DNA of 64,000 nucleotides from Fidelibacterota bacterium (GTDB lineage Bacteria > Fidelibacterota > Marinisomatia > Marinisomatales > Marinisomataceae). The notes beneath the pieces were generated by a model, which did not search any database, was not told the origin of the DNA, and was given only the letters and a program-made list of their open reading frames with translations. The stretch spans positions 384,001 through 448,000 of the forward strand of contig OZ243041.1 in the NCBI GenBank assembly GCA_965212055.1. Reading direction: 5' to 3'. Below, in pieces: positions 1 to 8,512 of this stretch (the stretch's first letter is position 1; each line of letters begins with the position of its first letter). The translations under genes and the position numbers were made by a program.

Positions 1-5
1 ATATC

Positions 6-869
6 ATGGGTGATTTTGAAAATTCATATAAAGTTTCTTATGAATTACATCCAGCTCCAAACCTTCACTGGTTTGCTTATTATGCTCAAGGGTATCATCC
101 TGCAGGTATAAATCAAAATCCATATTTGGATGAAGATGAAAAAACATATGATGTGGAAATTTATTATGATATTACTACTGGAATAAGATGGTATACTGAT
201 AATATAAAATTATCAAGTTCTCTATTTTATTTAGAGCATGATGGTCATATTTATGAAACAAGTGAGCAGTTGGATCCAACAAATCCTAATGCGTTTGCTT
301 TCTTTAAGACAAATGCTGAATCAGGTTATGAGTATGGTTCTGAATCAACTGGTGAATTTAGAATAAGTGACAAATTTACTATTAATGCTACTTTAGGATT
401 ATTGAGTTCTGAAGTTGAACTAGGAGATCATGATGAACACGGTGACGAAGACCATGGAGATGATCATGGTGATGATCACGATGATGACCATGACGACGAT
501 CATGATGATGAGCATGCAGGTCATGCGCATGGTAAAAAAGCACATTCACCAAACTGGAATTACAGCTTATCATTTAACTATAATTTCACTAAAAACAATT
601 CTTTAATGATTGAGATTTCAGGAAAAGATGGATTCGTATTTGATTCTGCACATGATGAATATGAATCAGATCCATATCATCTATTGAATGCATACTATTC
701 TCATTCGTTCAATAAAATTAATTTAGGATTCTATGCAAAAAATATCCTTGATGAAGATTACGCAGATAGAGGATTTATTTTTGCTTTAGAACCTCCATTT
801 GAAGAGAAACTCTATAAGTCTTTTGCGCCTCCAAGAGAGCTTGGTGTGTCATTAACTTATAGTTTCTAA
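6..869 (+). CDS. TonB-dependent outer-membrane receptor, C-terminal part (gene begins before the window)
   Basis: Amphipathic beta-strand pattern, YAQGYHPAG motif, C-terminal KNILDEDY...PRELGVSLTYSF ending in Phe; His/Asp-rich loop. Confidence 0.8.
   Translation: MGDFENSYKVSYELHPAPNLHWFAYYAQGYHPAGINQNPYLDEDEKTYDVEIYYDITTGIRWYTDNIKLSSSLFYLEHDGHIYETSEQLDPTNPNAFAFFKTNAESGYEYGSESTGEFRISDKFTINATLGLLSSEVELGDHDEHGDEDHGDDHGDDHDDDHDDDHDDEHAGHAHGKKAHSPNWNYSLSFNYNFTKNNSLMIEISGKDGFVFDSAHDEYESDPYHLLNAYYSHSFNKINLGFYAKNILDEDYADRGFIFALEPPFEEKLYKSFAPPRELGVSLTYSF
423..533 (+). repeat. His/Asp-rich coding repeat (H-x-D-D units, about 12-nt period) in the receptor
   Basis: Translates GDHDEHGDEDHGDDHGDDHDDDHDDDHDDEHAGHAHG (10 His). 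Confidence 0.85.
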
Positions 870-881
870 GCTACTATTTTT

Positions 882-912
882 ATAACTTAGCGGGGTTATC
901 CCGCTAAGTTAT
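882..912. promoter_or_regulatory. Perfect 13-bp inverted repeat overlapping the polA start codon
   Basis: ATAACTTAGCGGG-gttat-CCCGCTAAGTTAT; the last two bases are the AT of the polA ATG. Confidence 0.6.
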
Positions 913-3631
913 GAGTCCTTCAAAAAACAACAAAAAGAGGCTATTCATTATTGATGGATATGCTACTTTATATCGAGCGCATTACGCTTTAATTCGCAAT
1001 CCATTAACAACTACTGCGGGAATTCCAACAAGTGCTGTATTTGGATTTGCAAATCAAGTATTTCAATTATTGGAAGAAGAAAATCCAGATTACATTGTTG
1101 CTGCATTTGATTCAAAAGGAAAAAACTTTCGCCACGAACTATATACAGACTATAAAGCCAATCGATCTGCGATGCCAGATGAAATTCAAACTCAACTTCC
1201 ATACTTATGGGAACTCTTGGATGGGATGAATATTCCAGTGCTACGAATCGAAGGAGTGGAAGCAGATGATATTATTGGAACAGTTGCTAAAATGTGTGAA
1301 AAAGATGATTTACAATGCAATATCGTAAGCGGAGATAAAGATTTTATGCAATTAATTAATGATAAAACTCTGCTATATGCTCCGCAAGCTAGAAGAAGAG
1401 AAAAAGAGATTTTTAACGCACAAAAAGTATCAGAAAAATGGGGAGTTGGTCCAGAACATATTATTGATTTACTCGGGTTAATGGGTGATAGCTCTGATAA
1501 TGTTCCTGGAGTAGAAGGCGTTGGTCCTGTTACCGCAAAGAAACTGATTCAAAAATTTGGTTCAATGGAAAAGATATATGAAAACATTGATCAGATTGAA
1601 AATGAAAAAATGAGAGAAAGATTATTAAATAATAAAGACAATGCATTTCTTAGCAAACAACTTGTTACCATCTTAACAGATGTAACAGTGGATGCCTCTC
1701 TTTCTGATTTTGAAAAGAAAAAAGCAAACAACACAAAACTAGAATCAATCTTTAAGGAACTTGAGTTTACTGGCCTACTTAAAAAGATAGGTTCTGATAC
1801 CAGTATTTCTCCTGAAACAGTACAAAGAAAAAAAGAATATGATTTAATAACCAGTTTAGATCGTCTCCAATCTTTTGCAGACTCTATTAAAGAAGGAGAA
1901 TGGTTGTCCGTTGATTTGGAAACCACTTCAGTCAATCCGATGATAGCAGAGATTGTAGGATTTAGTTTTTCTGTGAAAAAAGATACTGGAGTATATGTTC
2001 CTATTCACTTTAAAGACAAGGTTGACAATCTGTTTGGAGATAATGATTTAGAAATAGCTATCAATATTCTAAAACCTGTACTAGAAAATGAAAAAATACC
2101 AAAAACAGGACAAAATATTAAGTACGATGCACTGATTATGAAGCGATTTGGAATTGATTTACAAGGAATTGAATTTGATACTATGATTGCTGCTCATTTA
2201 ATCAATCCTAATGCACGTTCGTATAAGCTGGACAACTTATCCTTATCCCATTTGAATTATAAAATGGTTCCAATCCAAGATTTAATTGGTTCGGGACGCA
2301 ACCAAATTACCATGGATCAAGTAGCGCTTGCCGATATTACTTTTTATGCCGCTGAAGATGCAGATGTTGTAATCGAATTAACCGATATTTTCTTAAAAGA
2401 ATTGAAAAAACAAGAGCTATACTCTTACTTTAAAGATATTGAAATCGATTTGCTTCCCGTGCTAATTGATATGCAGTTTCACGGTATATTTGTAGATCGT
2501 AATTATCTTTTATCTCGTTCTAAAGAAATTGGTATCAAACTTGATGCGCTGGAAAAGAGTATTATTAAGCTTGCTGGAAAAGAGTTTAATCTAAATTCGT
2601 CTCAGCAACTTGCAGAGATACTTTTTGATCAATTAAACCTTCCTATGATTAAAAAACGTTCAACTGCTGAAGCAATACTAACCAAATTAAAAGAATACCA
2701 TGAACTACCAAGTTTGATTTTAGGGTATAGAAAATTATTTAAATTAAAAAACACGTACCTAGATCCTATTCCAAATAATATCAACGAGATTACCAATCGT
2801 GTGCATTCTTCTTTTAATCAAACCATGACAGCAACGGGTCGCTTATCAACCAGTACTCCTAATTTCCAAAATATTCCTATTCGTACCGAAGATGGGAAAG
2901 AAGTACGTAAGGCTATTAAAGCTCAATCTGATGATTATCAGATTTTGTCTGCAGATTACTCCCAAATAGAATTAAGGGTCATGGCACATTTGAGCAAAGA
3001 TGAGGCACTTACAAAAGCACTCAATAGCGGGGAAGATATTCATACTTTTACTGCAAAGAATGTATTTAATGTAAAAGAAGACCAAGATGTATTGCCTGAA
3101 ATGAGACGTATTGCCAAAATCGTCAATTTTGGTATCATGTATGGTGCGGGATCGTTTCGATTAAGCCAAGAATTAGGAATTCCATTTGCAGAATCAAAGA
3201 AAATCATTGATGTTTATTTTGAGAAGTACAAAGGAATCAAACAATACATGGAAGACACAAAATTATTGGTTAAAAAAGATAAATCAGTACAAACATTACT
3301 TGGTAGAAAGCGTGCAGTATGGGATTCAGACAGCCAAAACCAAGTGAGAAGGGATGCAGCAGAGAGAATGGCGATTAATATGCCAATTCAGGGAACCGCA
3401 GCAGAGATGATTAAGTTAGCAATGATTAGAATCGATAAAGATTTGAAGGAAAATAATTTAAAATCAAAATTAATTTTACAAATTCATGATGAACTACTTT
3501 TAGAAGTACATAATAATGAAATTGATTATGTTACAGAAATGGTAGTAAAACATATGAAAAATGCAATGGACTTGGATGTTCCAATTGAAATTGACTGTGG
3601 AGTTGGATCTTCATGGTATGAGGCACATTAA
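911..3631 (+). CDS. polA: DNA polymerase I
   Basis: 5'-3' exonuclease (LFIIDG, EADD), 3'-5' exonuclease (VDLET, YAAEDA), polymerase motifs ADYSQIELR, AKIVNFGIMYG, QIHDELL. Confidence 0.98.
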   Translation: MSPSKNNKKRLFIIDGYATLYRAHYALIRNPLTTTAGIPTSAVFGFANQVFQLLEEENPDYIVAAFDSKGKNFRHELYTDYKANRSAMPDEIQTQLPYLWELLDGMNIPVLRIEGVEADDIIGTVAKMCEKDDLQCNIVSGDKDFMQLINDKTLLYAPQARRREKEIFNAQKVSEKWGVGPEHIIDLLGLMGDSSDNVPGVEGVGPVTAKKLIQKFGSMEKIYENIDQIENEKMRERLLNNKDNAFLSKQLVTILTDVTVDASLSDFEKKKANNTKLESIFKELEFTGLLKKIGSDTSISPETVQRKKEYDLITSLDRLQSFADSIKEGEWLSVDLETTSVNPMIAEIVGFSFSVKKDTGVYVPIHFKDKVDNLFGDNDLEIAINILKPVLENEKIPKTGQNIKYDALIMKRFGIDLQGIEFDTMIAAHLINPNARSYKLDNLSLSHLNYKMVPIQDLIGSGRNQITMDQVALADITFYAAEDADVVIELTDIFLKELKKQELYSYFKDIEIDLLPVLIDMQFHGIFVDRNYLLSRSKEIGIKLDALEKSIIKLAGKEFNLNSSQQLAEILFDQLNLPMIKKRSTAEAILTKLKEYHELPSLILGYRKLFKLKNTYLDPIPNNINEITNRVHSSFNQTMTATGRLSTSTPNFQNIPIRTEDGKEVRKAIKAQSDDYQILSADYSQIELRVMAHLSKDEALTKALNSGEDIHTFTAKNVFNVKEDQDVLPEMRRIAKIVNFGIMYGAGSFRLSQELGIPFAESKKIIDVYFEKYKGIKQYMEDTKLLVKKDKSVQTLLGRKRAVWDSDSQNQVRRDAAERMAINMPIQGTAAEMIKLAMIRIDKDLKENNLKSKLILQIHDELLLEVHNNEIDYVTEMVVKHMKNAMDLDVPIEIDCGVGSSWYEAH

Positions 3632-4731
3632 TGAGCTATATCGGACCAAAAGTACATATTGATTTAGAACGATTGGCAAACAATTATCGTTTGCTAAAGA
3701 ATGAAGTGGGAGATATTCCGATTATGGCTACTGTCAAAGCAAATGGATATGGCCATGGTGCAGTCCAGGTTGCACAAACATTAGAAAAAGAAGGAATACA
3801 GCATTTTGCTGTTTTTACCATTGAAGAAGGTATTGAATTACGTGATGCTGGCATTACTGCTGACATTCTTGTGTATTCTAGATTAAACCCTCATACGCTT
3901 TCAGATGCTGAAACCCATAATCTACTCTTAAATGTATCTTCTTTTGATGATTTGCAAGCTTTAAAGGCTCATCAGGGGGATAATAAGCTACGAGTACATC
4001 TTAAGGTAGATACTGGAATGACTCGATTGGGTATTCCACTAGAACAAGCAGAAGAATTCTTACAACAAGCACATCAAATTGATACCATTGAGGTTGAAGG
4101 ACTGTATTCACACTTTGCAACTGCTGATGAAGGCGATTTATCATATGCAAATGATCAACTCAATAAGTTTAATGATGTATTAGCGATTGCAGAAAAATTA
4201 GGAATGAACCCTACGTTTATTCATTGTAGTAATAGTGGGGCCATGTTAAACCTTCCAGAATCTCGATTTAATATGATAAGAGTGGGAATGTTATTATATG
4301 GAGCCTTTCCATCCGATGAAGTGCCACAAGATTTGTCCATTAAACCGGTGATGACCTTTACCGCGCCTGTGGTAGAAGTAAGAGATGTTAAAGCAGGAAC
4401 CCATATTAGCTATGGAGGGGTATATACCACCAAAGAAGATACAAGAATTGCAGTAGTACAAGCAGGATTTGCAGATGGAGTACCACGTCCTTGGTATGTA
4501 GATGGGTTTGTAAAGTTTAAAGATCAAAATTTCAAGATTACAGGAAGAATTTGTATGGATCAGTTGATGATTGATGTCGGATCAGCTGATATTCAACATG
4601 GAGATGAAGTCTTAATCTTTGGTTCCAATGAACATGGAACAATCGATGTAAATGAAATTGCAAACACCATTAATTCTACATCATATGTTTTGGTGACTGC
4701 GATTGGAATTCGTCCAAAAAGAATCTATTAA
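3631..4731 (+). CDS. alr: Alanine racemase
   Basis: VKANGYGHG PLP-lysine motif, HLKVDTGMTRLG, GRICMDQ. Confidence 0.97.
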   Translation: MSYIGPKVHIDLERLANNYRLLKNEVGDIPIMATVKANGYGHGAVQVAQTLEKEGIQHFAVFTIEEGIELRDAGITADILVYSRLNPHTLSDAETHNLLLNVSSFDDLQALKAHQGDNKLRVHLKVDTGMTRLGIPLEQAEEFLQQAHQIDTIEVEGLYSHFATADEGDLSYANDQLNKFNDVLAIAEKLGMNPTFIHCSNSGAMLNLPESRFNMIRVGMLLYGAFPSDEVPQDLSIKPVMTFTAPVVEVRDVKAGTHISYGGVYTTKEDTRIAVVQAGFADGVPRPWYVDGFVKFKDQNFKITGRICMDQLMIDVGSADIQHGDEVLIFGSNEHGTIDVNEIANTINSTSYVLVTAIGIRPKRIY

Positions 4732-4959
4732 GTCAATTAGATTGATGCAACTAATTCGTCCTTTGTTATAACCAACCGCAAATTGATGCATTGCATATTT
4801 TGGTGGTGCAGAATTAGTCTTCATATTCAAAGCAAGCCAAGCTAATAATAGATAGTTTGTTCCTGTCTGCAACTCTGCAATACTTCCAGAGAAATAAGGA
4901 CCTGCACCGAAGCCTACCATCATTATAAGAAAACTGATAACTAATAATACTTCTCTCAC
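4681..4959 (-). CDS. Possible small membrane/exported hypothetical protein (GTG start)
   Basis: Hydrophobic N-terminus MREVLLVISFLIMMVGFG; TAAATT 5 nt upstream of the GTG; 3' end overlaps alr by 51 nt. Confidence 0.35.
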   Translation of the reverse strand: MREVLLVISFLIMMVGFGAGPYFSGSIAELQTGTNYLLLAWLALNMKTNSAPPKYAMHQFAVGYNKGRISCINLIDLIDSFWTNSNRSHQNI

Positions 4960-5023
4960 ACTAGAATTTACATATAAAAAAACATTTTTTCTAAAAGATT
5001 GAGTCAGAATATTTCATTTGGAC

Positions 5024-5140
5024 CAAATTAACCTAACCAGTAGGGTAAGAGAAAGGAATTAAGAGGTAATTTTATAATTCTAACATTGCTCCTCATATAG
5101 CAACAAATATGTTTTCAAAAAAAAAGGTTCCCCTTTTTTC
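5024..5140. repeat. Copy 1 (more degenerate) of a ~110-nt non-coding direct repeat
   Basis: Aligns with 5278-5387; identical 33-nt core AGGGTAAGAGAAAGGAATTAAGAGGTAATTTTA at 5042-5074. Confidence 0.9.
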
Positions 5141-5261
5141 TACAAGAAATATAAATGTTCCAAAGATCTAATACTTTTACTAAATTTTCTTTTTCATCTT
5201 TCCAAAAATATTTCTTCTTCATTAAAAAATTTACAAAATAAAAAATAAAAATTAGGATTAT

Positions 5262-5387
5262 AAAAAAAGGAGAGGAGCAAATTAACCTAACCAAGGGTAA
5301 GAGAAAGGAATTAAGAGGTAATTTTAAATTCTAACTTGCTCCTCATATAGGTATATGTTTTCACAAAAAAAAGGTTCCCCTTTTTTC
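5262..5387. ncRNA. Copy 2 of the repeat; candidate structured small RNA (strand uncertain, minus favoured)
   Basis: 9-bp closing stem GAGGAGCAA (5272-5280)/TTGCTCCTC (5336-5344); on the minus strand it is followed by TCCTTTTTTT and preceded by GGAACC; copies differ by frame-breaking indels. Confidence 0.5.
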
Positions 5388-5414
5388 TTTTTTTTACTTA
5401 TTATACATGCAGAT

Positions 5415-5488
<74 letters not shown>

Positions 5489-5519
5489 CTAACCTCCGTT
5501 CAACAAAGGACAATTAAAA

Positions 5520-6782
5520 ATGAAATTATCAAATAAAAAAGAGTATAGTAAACTTGATAAGATTCTATTAAATCCTATCTTTCTTTTTTTGCTAGTAGCT
5601 TTTATGGCTTGGTCAGTATGGGATACAACTAAATCAGAATCTTCTGAGGAGTTATTGATGGATAAAGCAAATGAGTTAGCACAAAAATTTATTATTACAG
5701 ATGGACATATTGATGTTCCATGGCGATTAAATAAAGGAGGCCATGAAGACTTATCTGTTAGAACAGAAGGGGGCGATTTTGATTATGTTCGAGCCAAAGA
5801 AGGAGGATTAGATGTGCCCTTCATGTCTATTTATGTTCCTTCAAGTTACCAAGTAACTGGCGGTGCCAAAGCGAAAGCGGATTCATTGATTAATATGGTA
5901 CAAAAGATGGCAGATGATCATCCTGATAAATTTGAAGTAGCCTATAGTCCAGAAAATGCAGAAGCAATAGTTGCTGCAGGCAAAATTGCGTTGCCAATGG
6001 GAATGGAAAATGGTGCTCCACTTGAAGGTGATTTGGCGAATGTAGCTTATTTTCATGAAAGAGGAATTCGATATATCACATTAACACATGCAAAAGATAA
6101 TGCGATTTGTGATTCATCGTATGATACTACTGGAACCCATCAAGGATTAAGTGATTTTGGTAGAGATGTTGTTGCTGAAATGAATCGTGTGGGAGTTATG
6201 GTAGATATTTCTCATGTATCAGATAATGCCTTCTATCAAGTAATGGATGTGACAAAAGTTCCTGCAATCGCTTCCCACTCTTCGTGTCGTCATTTTACGC
6301 CAGGTTTTGAACGTAATATGAATGATGACATGATAAAACGCCTTGCTGAAAATGGTGGGGTAATCCAGATTAATTTTGGATCAACATTTTTAACTAAAGA
6401 ATCACAAGATAAACGAGAAGCAAATCGCGCAAGAGTAAGCGCATATGCTGAGGAAAATAATCTTGAACCTGATGATGAAAAAGTTGAAGCATTTGCCAAG
6501 AGAGTGTTTCAAAGAAATCCTATTTTTTGTGATGTAACTGATGCTGCTGATCATATTGATCATGTCGTTAGCTTGGTTGGTGTTGATCACGTTGGATTTG
6601 GATCAGATTATGATGGAGTAGGCGATAGTCTTCCATATGATTTAAAAGATGCTTCTGATTTTCCTAATTTGATTTATCATCTATTAAAGAGAGGATATTC
6701 AGAAGAGGATATCGAAAAAATATGTTATAAGAATGTTTGGCGTGTTTGGAAAGCAAATGAAGAATTTGCTCAGTCTCAATAA
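5520..6782 (+). CDS. Membrane dipeptidase (peptidase M19, renal-dipeptidase family)
   Basis: DGHID, GMEN, ITLTH, DISH, ASHS, GFGSDYDG motifs; N-terminal TM segment. Confidence 0.93.
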   Translation: MKLSNKKEYSKLDKILLNPIFLFLLVAFMAWSVWDTTKSESSEELLMDKANELAQKFIITDGHIDVPWRLNKGGHEDLSVRTEGGDFDYVRAKEGGLDVPFMSIYVPSSYQVTGGAKAKADSLINMVQKMADDHPDKFEVAYSPENAEAIVAAGKIALPMGMENGAPLEGDLANVAYFHERGIRYITLTHAKDNAICDSSYDTTGTHQGLSDFGRDVVAEMNRVGVMVDISHVSDNAFYQVMDVTKVPAIASHSSCRHFTPGFERNMNDDMIKRLAENGGVIQINFGSTFLTKESQDKREANRARVSAYAEENNLEPDDEKVEAFAKRVFQRNPIFCDVTDAADHIDHVVSLVGVDHVGFGSDYDGVGDSLPYDLKDASDFPNLIYHLLKRGYSEEDIEKICYKNVWRVWKANEEFAQSQ

Positions 6783-6783
6783 T

Positions 6784-7527
6784 TTATTTAGAAATTTGTC
6801 TTAATCGTTCAAACACAATTGCACTGACAGCTGAAGATACATTTAATGAATTCATTTCATTTGACATTGGAATAGTTGCAGTAAAATCAGAATTTTTTAA
6901 TACTTGTTTACTAATTCCGCTACCTTCTCCTCCAAAAATCAATACAGTTCTTCCTTGAAAATCAATGGAATACCAATTCTGAGCATTAATATTGTTTTCG
7001 AAGCTTGTAATCCAGCAATCATGTTCCTTGAAATGGAGTATAGTTTGATTGATATTGTTGATTTCATACAAAGGAATTTTTGCAAAACCTCCTTGACTTA
7101 CTTGTGCTACTGCACTGGTCATTGAGACACTACTTCTGTCGGTTATAATTACGCCATCAACGTTTCCTCCGGCACAAATACGTAATATTTGTCCTAGGTT
7201 ATGTGGATCTTGTACTTGATCAAGGATAACATAACATTCGTTTTTATGTTTAGGTAATGGTAAGGTTTGAAAAACAGATACTTGTGCATTAATTAATATT
7301 CCTTGTGCTCTATTATTATCTATTTTCTTTGCAAAACCAGCTTGATCTACCAAAAGCACTTTATCTTTCGGTAATTTTGAGTACAACGATTCAAGTTCTT
7401 TGTGTTCTGATGCAGGAGATGCGGTTTCAAGGTAAATTTGGTTGATTTCAACCAAGTTGGATTTCAATGCATCAAGGCATCCATTAATGCCATAAACAGA
7501 AATTTTACGTTTTGTGAATTGGTCCAT
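6784..7527 (-). CDS. rlmB: TrmH/SpoU-family RNA 2'-O-methyltransferase (RlmB-like)
   Basis: LDQVQDPHNLG, FGGEGSG, IPMxxxxxSLNVS SPOUT motifs. Confidence 0.85.
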   Translation of the reverse strand: MDQFTKRKISVYGINGCLDALKSNLVEINQIYLETASPASEHKELESLYSKLPKDKVLLVDQAGFAKKIDNNRAQGILINAQVSVFQTLPLPKHKNECYVILDQVQDPHNLGQILRICAGGNVDGVIITDRSSVSMTSAVAQVSQGGFAKIPLYEINNINQTILHFKEHDCWITSFENNINAQNWYSIDFQGRTVLIFGGEGSGISKQVLKNSDFTATIPMSNEMNSLNVSSAVSAIVFERLRQISK

Positions 7528-7557
7528 AAATATTTGTTAAATTTAGGAAGAAAATTC

Positions 7558-7956
7558 ATGATTAAAATTAAAGAATCAGAATTACGTTTTTCATTTGTTC
7601 GTTCTCAAGGTCCTGGAGGCCAGAATGTGAACAAGGTTTCCACCGCAGTACAATTGCGATATAATATTCATGATTCTGATGTTCCAGATTATCTTAAGCA
7701 ATTATTTTTAGAAAAATATCGTAATAGAATATCCAAAAATGGAGATATTATCATTATTGCGCAAACCCATCGTACACAGAATAAAAATAAAATTGATGCT
7801 ATCAATCGACTAGAATCTTTATTTTCTGATATAAAAATTCCTGTGGAAAGGATTGCTACGAAACCTTCTAAGGCTTCGCAAGTTAGAAGAGTAGAAAGCA
7901 AAAAAAAGAGATCAATGATAAAAGAAAGTAGAAAGAAAGTTAGTTTAGATGATTAG
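7558..7956 (+). CDS. arfB: Alternative ribosome-rescue peptidyl-tRNA hydrolase ArfB/YaeJ
   Basis: RSQGPGGQNVNKV GGQ motif and basic C-terminal tail; start moved to ATG 7558. Confidence 0.95.
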   Translation: MIKIKESELRFSFVRSQGPGGQNVNKVSTAVQLRYNIHDSDVPDYLKQLFLEKYRNRISKNGDIIIIAQTHRTQNKNKIDAINRLESLFSDIKIPVERIATKPSKASQVRRVESKKKRSMIKESRKKVSLDD

Positions 7957-8512
7957 ATATATTAGTGTATTGTTTATTTTTTCCTTAGTTCTTTCTCAAG
8001 AAATTATTAATGAAGAAAGTAAAAATGATTCTACCTTGTTCGAATTTATTGTTGGTGAAGAAATGACCGATTTAGAATTAATGTTAATCGCTGATATAAA
8101 TAGAAATAAGATTTTAGAAAAATATCTCCAACTGGACATTGTTGCAGAATCTTTGGAATTAAATGCTCCAGAGTATGATCGATTTGATAGTAAAAATAAC
8201 AGAGGACTTTATTTTCCTACTGGTCGCGCTACAACATTATATCTAGACAATGGGATACTTGGTTGGACAGAGGCTAGTAAATGGTTGATTGAGAATAACG
8301 AATCATATTCAAGTGGATTTTTTAATACTTCATTTGAAAAATTTACTTATTATAATTCAAGAAAAGGTTTTGTAGATACTGATAATTATTTTAAAGATCC
8401 TTGGAACCAAAGAGACATTAACGATTATATTCGTTATATGCATATGCCACCAACTATGACTAATGTACATCCAATGGAAGCAAATACGATCTATGATCGA
8501 AATCGTAATTGA
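7949..8512 (+). CDS. Hypothetical exported protein
   Basis: 187-aa ORF overlapping both neighbours; signal-peptide-like N-terminus MIRYISVLFIFSLVLSQ. Confidence 0.7.
   Translation: MIRYISVLFIFSLVLSQEIINEESKNDSTLFEFIVGEEMTDLELMLIADINRNKILEKYLQLDIVAESLELNAPEYDRFDSKNNRGLYFPTGRATTLYLDNGILGWTEASKWLIENNESYSSGFFNTSFEKFTYYNSRKGFVDTDNYFKDPWNQRDINDYIRYMHMPPTMTNVHPMEANTIYDRNRN

Noticed and set aside
5115..5222. 35-codon minus-strand ORF (MKKKYFWKDEKENLVKVLDLW...) between the two repeat copies
   Set aside because: No SD, runs into the repeat's T-tract, and such a length is expected by chance.
5024..5387. CRISPR array or tRNA att-site duplication
   Set aside because: Only two ~110-nt imperfect copies, no cas or integrase genes, and no match to the tRNA-fMet 3' end.
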